Assembly (NCBI GenBank): GCA_019828565.1
Contig: JAHDYR010000031.1
Location: forward strand, 62,001-126,000
Direction of reading: 5' to 3'
From: Carpediemonas membranifera BICM
Lineage: Eukaryota; Protista; Fornicata
DNA: 64,000 nucleotides
This document shows, piece after piece, positions 30,981 to 39,979 of this stretch. The first letter of the stretch is position 1. Every line of letters starts with the position of its first letter. The position numbers and the translations under genes were made by a program. The notes under the pieces are model-generated. The model made no database searches, was not told the DNA's origin, and saw only the letters and a list, made by a program, of their open reading frames with translations.

Positions 30981-33917
30981 TTACCCCAACAGAGGGAGGG
31001 CCTCGGCCAGCGTCATCTGCTCCGGTCGATACCCGAGCTTGGCAAGCCCATCAACAACAGCCTGCCCGCTCCCAGACGCGGTCATTGCCAGTAGGGTGAT
31101 CTCCGGGTTCTGCGGGTCGAGCAAGGGCTTCAGGAACCGGTCGATGGCGGCCTCCACCTCGGCCTGCGTCACCTTGCTAACAGCGTTGACCATCCTTGAC
31201 CGGCGACCCGGTTTGAGTCGTCTGAGCACGTCGATGCAGAGCTCTGAGGCTGCCGCGGCCGGCGACTCTTCCCGCTCGACCATGTTGCATATGAGGCTGG
31301 CCCGTGCGTCCTGGAGCGTGTCGGGGTCCACCGGGCTGCCGATAACGGCGACGCACTTCTCGAGGGCGCGGGGCCCGTCGTAGCATCTGTCGAGTGTCAG
31401 TGTCGTGAGGCCGTCGTCGGGGGCCGTGTTGATGCCGACGCCGTACGCCAAGCCAGCGCCGCGGACGTCGCGCCAGAGGGGGCCCTCGATGACGGTGAAG
31501 TACTCGACGGCGAGCAGGATTGCCGGCATGAGGGGGTGGTCGAAGCCGTACTGGACAAGCGAGGGCGTGCACAGACGGACGAAGGTCGACTCGGAGCTGG
31601 GCAGCTCGACCACAGCCTGGGTGGGGGGCGCCACACCCTTGTGGGCGGGGACCATCATGCAGGGGGTCTCGCCCACTAGGGGCTGGACGACGGCGCGTGT
31701 GGCCTCGACCGCTGTCCTGGGGCACGTGATATGCACCGTGTGTGGCGAGCACGCGATGCGGCGGACAATTGTGTTGAACTCAGCGACGACGGCGTCGGGG
31801 TCCTCGGCGAGGCGGGCCCGGACAGCCTGGAGGAACGCGCCCTGGACGGTAACCGACATCGCCCTGAACGAGGACGGCACGCCCTCTTTGCTGAGGGCAC
31901 GTGTCTTGAGGGCAGCGGGCATGAGAAGCTCGGGCTCGCGCTTGGTGGACGCGACGCTCTTCGAGATACGGCCGACACCAACGCCAAGCCACTCGGTGCC
32001 ATGTCTGGGGCAGCTCATCATTTGATTGATGATCTCAACGGCCTCGGGGAACTGCGCGGCGACAGACTGGAACGACAGAGCGACGGAGTTCGGGTGGGGC
32101 CCGGGCTCGAAGTGGGAGCCGCCCATCCCGACATGAAGGTCCGCGTGGACCGTCACAGCGGACAGCAGCGCCGCGGCGTCGGCAGGACAGACAGTCTGTC
32201 CGCCGCGTACGATTGCAGACTCGAGTGCGATCTCCATGACGAGGGGCAGCCACCGTCTCGTTGCTGTGTCCATGGAGGAGATGTCGAACACCACGGACGC
32301 CTGCACGAACTCGGTGTCGATGGCCGAATGGGTCAGAGCGCCGCTCCCATCGACGGTGACCTTGGGCCAGTTGATCGACTCGGCCCGTGGCTCGGGACAG
32401 ACAGGGGAGGGGATGCCCGCGTCCACGATGGCCGCCAGTCGCTCCCCGTCCGTGCCCTGCTGCCGGTTGGCCTCCTGCCGCTCCTTCTCGGCCTGGGCGT
32501 TCCTCGCGGGCAGAGCCGTGTCAGGTCGCCCCAGCACAGTAAACGAAGGCCGGGCCAGCAGACTCAACTTGTCGGCCCACCACTCGGCCGGCTTGGCGAG
32601 GAGCGTGGCGGCGTAGTCCCTGCAGTACAGGGACAGGTCGGCGTTGGCGAAGAGGGCGAAGTCGATGAGCTCGTTGGCCGCCGCCCCGCCAGGAGCCCGC
32701 TCGAGGAACTCAAGCCGCTGCCGCTGGTTACGGTGGACGTACTTGTGGATGCGGCCCATGTCAGGACCTGCCTTAAGCACCTCAGCGATGGCCGCGTCAA
32801 GCCGGGCAGGCACTGTGTCGAGAAGATCGGTGGGGACATCCTCGACGGAGAGTGTGACAGAGGATGTGGGGAATGTCCGGATTGTGACCGACACCTCTGA
32901 CGCTATGGAGTCCTCTGAGTCTACCAGCAGTCGGTTGAGGTCACAATCGGGGTCCTCGCACAGGTAGTCGCCGAGCACGTGCCAGGCCTCGATCTCCTCC
33001 GTCTGCTGCACCATGTTCGCGTCCGTCGCACCGTGGAAGCACCGCATGGCGCTCCCGCTGTCGTCGTCCTCTGAGGGGAAGGCGACGGACTCGACGGCCG
33101 ACTCGAGCAGCGGGGCCGGGTGCAGCGCCTGCGGGAGGACCTTGGCGGGGCTGTTCGTGGTCTTGGGCAGGGCGGCGAGGACGGCAGCGGGGTCAATGGC
33201 GCCGACAACGACGACAGTCAGGTTCTCGGGAACGTACTGTCTCGCGTGGAAGTCACGGACGTCGTCGGGTGTCAACTGCCGCAGCCCCTCGCTGGTCCCA
33301 CCGGTCTCGAAGGAGTACGGCGTGATGATGCCCCTCTCGCCGTACATGACCTTCATCATGCGACGTGTCATGAGCTCGTAAGCGTCGACGTTCAGCATCT
33401 CGCTGTACACAACACCGCCGTCCGTCCCATCAGCGGCGACGTGGTGGATTTCAGTGAGGAAGCCCTCGTCTGTGAGGGATGGGTGCAGGATGTGGTCGAG
33501 GTACTCGGGCAGCAGGCGCAGGAAGCCATCCGCGCCGGCAGTGGAGACCGTGTAGGCTGTGTGGTCGGTGTCTGTCCATGCGTTCGTGCCCTGTGCGAGG
33601 CAGCGGTTGGCCACCCGGTCGAGGTAGCCTTTGACGCGGCCATCGGTCCCGAGGAACACCATGTGCTCGAGGACGTGGGGGATGCCCATGTCGTCGCCAG
33701 CCAGCGTGTTCAGGATGAAGAAGCCGCTTACAATGGGGGAATCCACCTCAACGTGCAAGACACGGATGCCAGAGGGCGTGTTGTAGAGAGAAACAGGGTA
33801 GTGCCCGATGGTGGACGTCTCCGCGGGTACTGGTGCTTCTTTCGACGGAATTGCGGTATTGCCTGTCATTGTACAAGGCGGGGGATCGCTAATATCATCA
33901 ATCTGCTGTTCAGGCAT
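30981..33917 (-). CDS. M16 (insulinase-like) zinc metallopeptidase
   Basis: Inverted zinc motif 'GIPHVLEHMVF', plus 'NAWTDTDHTAY', 'GVVYSEM' and 'VRGAGLAYG'. Confidence 0.9.
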   Translation of the reverse strand: MPEQQIDDISDPPPCTMTGNTAIPSKEAPVPAETSTIGHYPVSLYNTPSGIRVLHVEVDSPIVSGFFILNTLAGDDMGIPHVLEHMVFLGTDGRVKGYLDRVANRCLAQGTNAWTDTDHTAYTVSTAGADGFLRLLPEYLDHILHPSLTDEGFLTEIHHVAADGTDGGVVYSEMLNVDAYELMTRRMMKVMYGERGIITPYSFETGGTSEGLRQLTPDDVRDFHARQYVPENLTVVVVGAIDPAAVLAALPKTTNSPAKVLPQALHPAPLLESAVESVAFPSEDDDSGSAMRCFHGATDANMVQQTEEIEAWHVLGDYLCEDPDCDLNRLLVDSEDSIASEVSVTIRTFPTSSVTLSVEDVPTDLLDTVPARLDAAIAEVLKAGPDMGRIHKYVHRNQRQRLEFLERAPGGAAANELIDFALFANADLSLYCRDYAATLLAKPAEWWADKLSLLARPSFTVLGRPDTALPARNAQAEKERQEANRQQGTDGERLAAIVDAGIPSPVCPEPRAESINWPKVTVDGSGALTHSAIDTEFVQASVVFDISSMDTATRRWLPLVMEIALESAIVRGGQTVCPADAAALLSAVTVHADLHVGMGGSHFEPGPHPNSVALSFQSVAAQFPEAVEIINQMMSCPRHGTEWLGVGVGRISKSVASTKREPELLMPAALKTRALSKEGVPSSFRAMSVTVQGAFLQAVRARLAEDPDAVVAEFNTIVRRIACSPHTVHITCPRTAVEATRAVVQPLVGETPCMMVPAHKGVAPPTQAVVELPSSESTFVRLCTPSLVQYGFDHPLMPAILLAVEYFTVIEGPLWRDVRGAGLAYGVGINTAPDDGLTTLTLDRCYDGPRALEKCVAVIGSPVDPDTLQDARASLICNMVEREESPAAAASELCIDVLRRLKPGRRSRMVNAVSKVTQAEVEAAIDRFLKPLLDPQNPEITLLAMTASGSGQAVVDGLAKLGYRPEQMTLAEALPLLG

Positions 33918-34104
33918 TGTCGACGCCTGCTATCGGAAATGATCGGAGCGCTGGCAAAATGATTGGACCGAGGGCCCTTGACCTGCGCAGGGCCGGACAG
34001 CCGTGCCATTGCTGGGACCTGTCCCCACCCCCACAGCTGCGCTAGCGCCTCATCAACGCCTGTCGACCGACCACAATTGTCATGCGAGTTTATGTCAAAA
34101 GTAT

Positions 34105-35418
34105 CTACACGGTGTCCTCCTCGATGGTCCGGATGACCATGCCAGAGAGCAGCTTGGGCAGCAGGTATGTGCTCTTGGGGGGGCAGATGGCGCCGGCGTC
34201 GGCAACCTTGAACAGCTGCTCCATGGTCAGGGGGAACACAGCGAAGCCGCAGGCGTTCTTGCCTCTGTTGGCGTCGGCGACCTTCTCCATACCGTGGAGG
34301 CCGCGGTCGCCACCGACAAAGCGGATGATCTCCGAGGTGCGGAGGTTCTTGATGCCGAAGAAGGGGTCGAGGATGAGCTTCGTCAGGATCTCGGCGTCGA
34401 TCGAGTCGATGGGGTGGCTGTCGTCCACGGGGTTGGTCAGGGTGAGGCGGAACCACTCGCCCTCCACGTAGAAGCCGAACTCGTGCATCTTGGTCGGCTT
34501 GGCGTGGTGAGCTGGGGCCAGGCTGTGCTCAGTGTCGGGCTTGCCGGCGTCCTGGACACCGAGGGACTCGACCTTGAAGTACTTCTCGAGCTCGGCGAGG
34601 ACCTCCGCCTTGGTGTAGGGGCTGTCGATGATGACGCGGTTGTAGTCGAAGATGGCGAGCTGGTCGTGGGGGAAGATCACGCTCAAGAACCAGCGGGCGG
34701 GGTGCGACTCGGGGAGGGTCACGCCCTGAGCCTCGGCCTCCTTAATGCGGCGCTGGCCAACCTTAAAAGCGGACTCGGAGCGGTGGTGGCCGTCGCAGAT
34801 GTACAGGGAGTCAACAGTGCCGAAGAGCTCGATGACGCGCTCATAGTTGGCGGGGTCGATGCGCCAGATGGTGTGCTCGGTCTCGTCGCACTCGGCGCAG
34901 GGGATCTGGAAGATGGGCTCGGTCTTAACGGTCTCGTCGAGGATGGCGGTCAGGTCCTCGCGGGCCTTGTAGGCGAGGTAGACGGGGCCGACGTTGGCGT
35001 TCTGGGTGTCGACCATCCGGACACGGTCGCGCTCCTTCTTCTCGACAGTCACCTCGTGCTTCTTGATGGCGCCGGAAGCATAGTCAGCAACGGCGGTGAG
35101 GGCAACGAAGCCAGTCTGGGCGTGGCCGGCCTTGGCTTGGCGGTAGGCATAGATCTGAGGCTGTGCGTCACGTTCGAGCTTGCCGTCCTCGATGAAACGC
35201 TGCAGGTTCTCGCGGCCAGTGGCGTAAACGATGTCGCTGTAGGCATCAGTGCCCTTGGGAAGATCGATCTCGGGCTTGTTCAGGTGGAGAACTGAATCAG
35301 GGTTCTTCTCACCAACGACACGGGCCTCAGAGGAGGAAATGACGTCGTATGGGGGGCCAGGGAGCGTCTGACGGCAGGCGGGGCTGGGAATCCATCCACG
35401 GAAAGACTTGACCTTCAT
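34105..35418 (-). CDS. DUF1015 family protein (bacterial-type)
   Basis: 'PPYDVIS', 'IKKHEVT', 'LYICDGHHR', 'IFDYNRV' and 'PPKSTY.PKL.SG'. Confidence 0.9.
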   Translation of the reverse strand: MKVKSFRGWIPSPACRQTLPGPPYDVISSSEARVVGEKNPDSVLHLNKPEIDLPKGTDAYSDIVYATGRENLQRFIEDGKLERDAQPQIYAYRQAKAGHAQTGFVALTAVADYASGAIKKHEVTVEKKERDRVRMVDTQNANVGPVYLAYKAREDLTAILDETVKTEPIFQIPCAECDETEHTIWRIDPANYERVIELFGTVDSLYICDGHHRSESAFKVGQRRIKEAEAQGVTLPESHPARWFLSVIFPHDQLAIFDYNRVIIDSPYTKAEVLAELEKYFKVESLGVQDAGKPDTEHSLAPAHHAKPTKMHEFGFYVEGEWFRLTLTNPVDDSHPIDSIDAEILTKLILDPFFGIKNLRTSEIIRFVGGDRGLHGMEKVADANRGKNACGFAVFPLTMEQLFKVADAGAICPPKSTYLLPKLLSGMVIRTIEEDTV

Positions 35419-35526
35419 TTGTGCAACTCTTGCAATTCTGACCACCGGAGACCAGGTCACGAGAGGTCAGCGGAATAAAATGCAATCAATTACAGAAGAC
35501 TCACATGCCGTTACGGCTCATTTACC

Positions 35527-37158
35527 CTACCACAGCCGCCGTGAGCTGTAGAACTGCTCCATGCTGTGCTTCTTATCTTTCTCCACGGCTGCCTGCTCCT
35601 CCTCCACCGCACGAAGCTCCTCCTCGAGACGGTCGGCGGGTGGTGCCTGGGTCACGGGCGCCCTGCCGATGAGCCGCTTGGTGCCCTCGTCAAGGAGGGC
35701 GACGTCCTCTTCCTTGAGCAGAGTCGGGCCCAGTCGGTTGTGCTGGGCTAGCACGGGGGCGAACTGGGCGAGGAGCTTGGCCTTCTCCTCCTCGAGAATA
35801 CGTTGCCGGGCGGCCGCGTCAGCCTCCTGCTTGGCGAGCTCAGCCTTCTGACGTTCTATGGCGCGCTGCTGCTGCTCCTCCTGTTCCCGGAGCTGCTGCC
35901 GCAGGAGCTCGGCGTGGGCCTTCCGACGGGCCTCCTTCGCCTCCTCCTCGCGTGCCACGCGCTGGGCCTCCTCTGCCTGCTGCCGCTGCATGACGGACGC
36001 CAGCTCGGCCTCCCTGAGCTCAGCCTGCCTCTGGTCCTCCATGCGCTGGGCGACGGCGGCCTCCTGGGCGGCCATGAGCTCAGCCTGCTTCACCCGGCGC
36101 CGCTCGGCCTGCTCCATCTCGTCCAGCGCCGCCTGCATCTCTTTTTCGGCGAATGCGAGGTCGACGCGGAGGTCCTCGAGCTCTTGGCGGCGGCGGCGCT
36201 TCTCCTCGATCTCCTCCGCGATTCTCTCGTAAATCTTCTCCTTCTCGACGTCGACCCGCTGCTTGGCCATGGTCGCGCGGTTCTCGCGGTCCTCGTTCTC
36301 CCGCTGGTGCTGGGCGATGAGCTCTTCCTCCTCGGCCAGCATCTGCCGCTCCCAGGCAATGTACTCCGCCCGCTTCGCCAGATAGTCGTTCATGTCCGCG
36401 ATCAGCGCCTGCTTCTTCGCCGCCCGGGCCTGCTCGGCGGCCTCCTCCTCGGCATACAGCTCCTCGACGATGCGATCGACCTCAGCCTCCTCGCGCCGCT
36501 TGGCCTCGAGCTCGGCCATGCGGACCTGGTACTTCTCGTCCATCTGGTGCTCGAGGATGCTCTTGGTCTGCAGGTTGGCCATCAGCTTCCTCTCGGCCTC
36601 GGCCTCGTCGTTCTGCTTCTGGGCCTCGAGGATCTCAATATCGCGCAGCTCGGCCTCAAGGTCCTCGCGGTGACGCTGGGCGGCCAGGAGCTTGTTCTGC
36701 TCGATCTGCAGGGCCATGTCGTGGCCGTGGAGGGCTGCCTTGAGCTTGGCCTCCAGCTCCCTGAGCTCGTGCGACTCCTGCCGGATCTGTTGGCGGACCT
36801 TCTCGTCCCGGATCTTCTCATCGCGTCTGGCGGCAACTTCGGCGCAGAGGCGTTCCTGACGTGCCTGCTCAGCAGCACGGCGCTCCTCGGCCTGGACGCG
36901 GGCCTCGAGCTCCTCCTCAAGCTGCCGTTCACGTTCAATCTCGGCGAGAAGGCGGGCACGTCTCATATTACCTACCTTAGCATCGGCTTTGCCATATTGG
37001 CTCATCTGGCGGGACTTGTTGACGAAACCTTCCTACGGTAAGAATTTCTGTGCTAACGGAGGAGAACAAACAAGAACTTTGACCTGATAGTCAGCTTCTC
37101 GGACGCGTTCAACATGTTGTTCATAGTTACGCCTCGCATTGCTCATCTGGCGAGGCAT
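35527..37158 (-). CDS. MNS1: MNS1-like (trichohyalin-plectin homology) axonemal coiled-coil protein; two exons
   Basis: 'RQQIRQESHELRELEAKLKAA' and 'EEEKAKLLAQFA...LLKEED' resemble MNS1. A first exon (MPRQMSNARR...) is joined by a short intron. Confidence 0.75.
37033..37071 (-). other. Spliceosomal intron (39 nt; alternative in-frame donors at 37077 and 37083)
   Basis: GTTTGT...CTTACCGTAG; the acceptor TAG is the in-frame stop of the unspliced ORF. Confidence 0.6.
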
Positions 37159-37244
37159 GAGAGGCTCTTGGACGAAAGTGTGCAGTTTAGTTAACAACCA
37201 CCAAAAAACGACTGCAGGAGAGTATCGGTGCTCGCGACCCCCAC

Positions 37245-38432
37245 TCACGTGAACGGCAGGTGCAGGGGCACGAAAACCGTTCCCAGAGCCCCGAACCCGA
37301 CGATCAGCCCGAGGACGCCGCTCCACACCCAGCTCCCAACCCGGGCCCGGCGGAGGGCCGGCAGGAGGACTAGCGGCTGGGTGGTAAGCAGCAGGCGGGC
37401 GAACACGTTGATGTGCATGACAGTCGCTGCAGTGAGAAGCACTGCCGTCTGCACGGCCAGGAGAAGCCCGAGCTGTACCCGGTGGTCGGCCGGCGCATGA
37501 CGGAGTTGTCTGTTGAGCGGGTCGACCACTGCCAGGCCCGCTATGGCGAGGCTGGGGGCTGCGAGGAGGATGTTTCCCGCCTGGTCCGGCCGGAGGGACT
37601 GGAGGAAGCCGACGCCCCAGTACTCCCCCTGAACGAAGGAGTACAGCCCGGTGACAGTGCCGCACCACGGTCGGCCGGGGCACAGAGCGGCCTGAGCCCT
37701 GAGAGCCATGGCAGCTGTGGGGACCAGGGCGAGGACGGTGCCGCATATGGCCAGCGCGGACAGTAGTGCAACACGGGGGATGACCCGGCACATGGCCCTC
37801 GTGCCCTGGCCCATAACACGCACTGTGCTGATGAACGGGACGAACCAGAGATACCCCGCCAGGACGGCGCCGTTGGACCGCAGCGACCCGGCCGCAGCGA
37901 GGGGGGGCAGCATGAGGACTGCACGCCACGGGATGCCTGTTGTGAGAGTTTGGGAAGGCGGGAGCAGCAGGCGGAGACAGGCGGCGTTGGCTAGCAGGAA
38001 GAAGGGCTCCGTATAGGCCGTCGACAGGAAGGCAGAGCACTGCGAAAGTGACACCAGCACTGTCCAGGGCTTGGCAAGGGTCGGGTAGTGGGCCTCCACC
38101 ACAGGAACGAGCATGACGATGGCTGTGATGGCTGAGGCGTTGGCCAGTGCCACTGCGGCGATCTCTGCGGCCACTGACGAAAGGAATGAGCCGAGCACGC
38201 GGAGAAGCAATGGGACTCCGGGATAGAATGCGTTCTTCTGCTCGAAATCGTAGCCCTTTGCGGCTATGTCCGCGAACCAGAGCGAGTCCCAGACGATGAG
38301 GGGCGAATGCCGCTCCAGACGATGAGACGACATGTATGGCGTGAATACGTGGTATACGCACAACTCAACTGCAAGTACAGCCAGTCTGATGCCCGCAATG
38401 CACCGTATCCGCCCCCAACATGACCAGGCCAT
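37245..38432 (-). CDS. PIGV: GPI mannosyltransferase 2 (PIG-V/Gpi18)
   Basis: 'WDSLWFADIAAKGY...AFYPG', 'FLSTAYTEPFF', 'RSNG' and 'YSFVQGEYWGVGFL'. Confidence 0.9.
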   Translation of the reverse strand: MAWSCWGRIRCIAGIRLAVLAVELCVYHVFTPYMSSHRLERHSPLIVWDSLWFADIAAKGYDFEQKNAFYPGVPLLLRVLGSFLSSVAAEIAAVALANASAITAIVMLVPVVEAHYPTLAKPWTVLVSLSQCSAFLSTAYTEPFFLLANAACLRLLLPPSQTLTTGIPWRAVLMLPPLAAAGSLRSNGAVLAGYLWFVPFISTVRVMGQGTRAMCRVIPRVALLSALAICGTVLALVPTAAMALRAQAALCPGRPWCGTVTGLYSFVQGEYWGVGFLQSLRPDQAGNILLAAPSLAIAGLAVVDPLNRQLRHAPADHRVQLGLLLAVQTAVLLTAATVMHINVFARLLLTTQPLVLLPALRRARVGSWVWSGVLGLIVGFGALGTVFVPLHLPFT

Positions 38433-38554
38433 CGTTCCTTGGTCCCGCAATTCACATGGGGACTATTGCAGAGAGGTATGGCACAGAAACCCTACACTGT
38501 GCCTGCTGGCCTGCACCCAACCCTCAAAAGTGCAGCTTAGGCCCAAAACAGGAC

Positions 38555-39379
38555 ATGAGTAGTATCGATGTCTTGAATGAGGACCTAGAGACCGATTCAA
38601 TGCATCCTGCTCGGCAAATACAGGAATTTATCGACAATTGGGTTGCCCAGTGCGATATCCCTTCGCCAGATGCGCCGAAACGCACACGCACGAGGATGAA
38701 CAGGAAAAACCTTGCCAAACTCCGCCATTGCCCGAAGCTAGCCGCCATGGACAAGACTGCGTGGACCAAGGACGATGTTTCGTCCCTCCACGACAACACC
38801 CCCGCCCACACTGTGCCTGTGGTTGGTGCCTTCAACCCACAGGCAGTCGCCGTCGTCGAGTCGGCATGTGCCCGGACCCGGCACAAGGTGACTTCCACCA
38901 TACCGCTCGACGGCCCCATCGCTGTTGCTGTCGAGGCGATGTGCTGCGTATATACCGCAGTGCCGTTCGCCGACCAGCCGTGGCTCCTCGTCCTCGGCGG
39001 CGTCGAGTGCCACGCAGAGGTCCTTGGCATCAACTATTATGAGCTCCTGGCCAGGTTCGGGGCGGAACATGGCATTTCCAGCGGCCTGCCCCGTCCCGTA
39101 GAAACTTCCGGGCCGCTGACGTTGGGCTCAATGCCCGTCGCCCCGGGAATCACCGGTGCAGTTGTCCACAACGGATGCGAGCACCGGCTGAAGGTCCTGG
39201 CAGTGCGGGAGGCGGTTCGGGGCGAGCTGGCCCCCGCTGTTCATCCCTCCAACATCGCCCGCCGCCTGATGACATGCACAGTGTGCGGTGTCGCTACGTC
39301 CGTTGCATCCTGGGAGCCGTTGTGTGAGGTCTGTAAGGGGGCCATTGACGACGCTTATGCCATCCAGAGTGCAGATTGA
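38555..39379 (+). CDS. SNAPc subunit SNAP50/SNAPC3-like zinc finger protein
   Basis: 'VHNGCEHRL...VR' followed by 'CTVC...W...CEVC' matches the SNAPC3 C-terminal zinc motif. Confidence 0.6.
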   Translation: MSSIDVLNEDLETDSMHPARQIQEFIDNWVAQCDIPSPDAPKRTRTRMNRKNLAKLRHCPKLAAMDKTAWTKDDVSSLHDNTPAHTVPVVGAFNPQAVAVVESACARTRHKVTSTIPLDGPIAVAVEAMCCVYTAVPFADQPWLLVLGGVECHAEVLGINYYELLARFGAEHGISSGLPRPVETSGPLTLGSMPVAPGITGAVVHNGCEHRLKVLAVREAVRGELAPAVHPSNIARRLMTCTVCGVATSVASWEPLCEVCKGAIDDAYAIQSAD

Positions 39380-39979
39380 GGCGTCTTGACACGATATAGT
39401 CTCCATTCGGTCTTCCTTCCCGGTCTTCTCGATTCACCAGGCTGTCTTCTCTCGTATCCATAAACACGCAAACACATACAAGAGACCTACACTGACAAAC
39501 GTCTTTCCACACCTCTCTTTCGTCCCAGCGCCCTCTATAGGTCATCGATAAGCCATTTACTCGCTAGCCCTACATACCGGCGTTCTGGTCGGTATTTTTT
39601 CCATCAATGTTGGCCACAGTGTCTTGGTATGACGGTATATCACTAGGGTCTGGATATGAAGGTTGTCCACCCATTGTTGGCTTGTGGATGAGAGATTGAG
39701 TCGAGATCGAGTCACTGGTAAACCCGGTTGATGTGATGGCCATGATACAGTTAGCTCCCTTGCTTCTTGGGCTGCCATGCAAGGAGGAGCCCAGGGCCTC
39801 GTTCGTCAACTGATATGTCATGCTCAGAAGATGGATGGCAAGTGCCAGCCCACCCTGGTTCTGTGAACGCTGCATACTGTACCAGACTGAGTTCGATGGA
39901 GGCCTGTGCGAATGTTGATCCATTCCGATTCGAAGATCTTGGGCGCAAATCTCGCATAACGTTCAACAATCACAAGAAC

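Noticed and set aside
34003-37041. Long plus-strand ORFs (34003..35295, 35803..37041) and many similar overlapping ORFs window-wide
   Set aside because: They are antisense or alternate-frame shadows of GC3-rich genes and have no motifs of their own.
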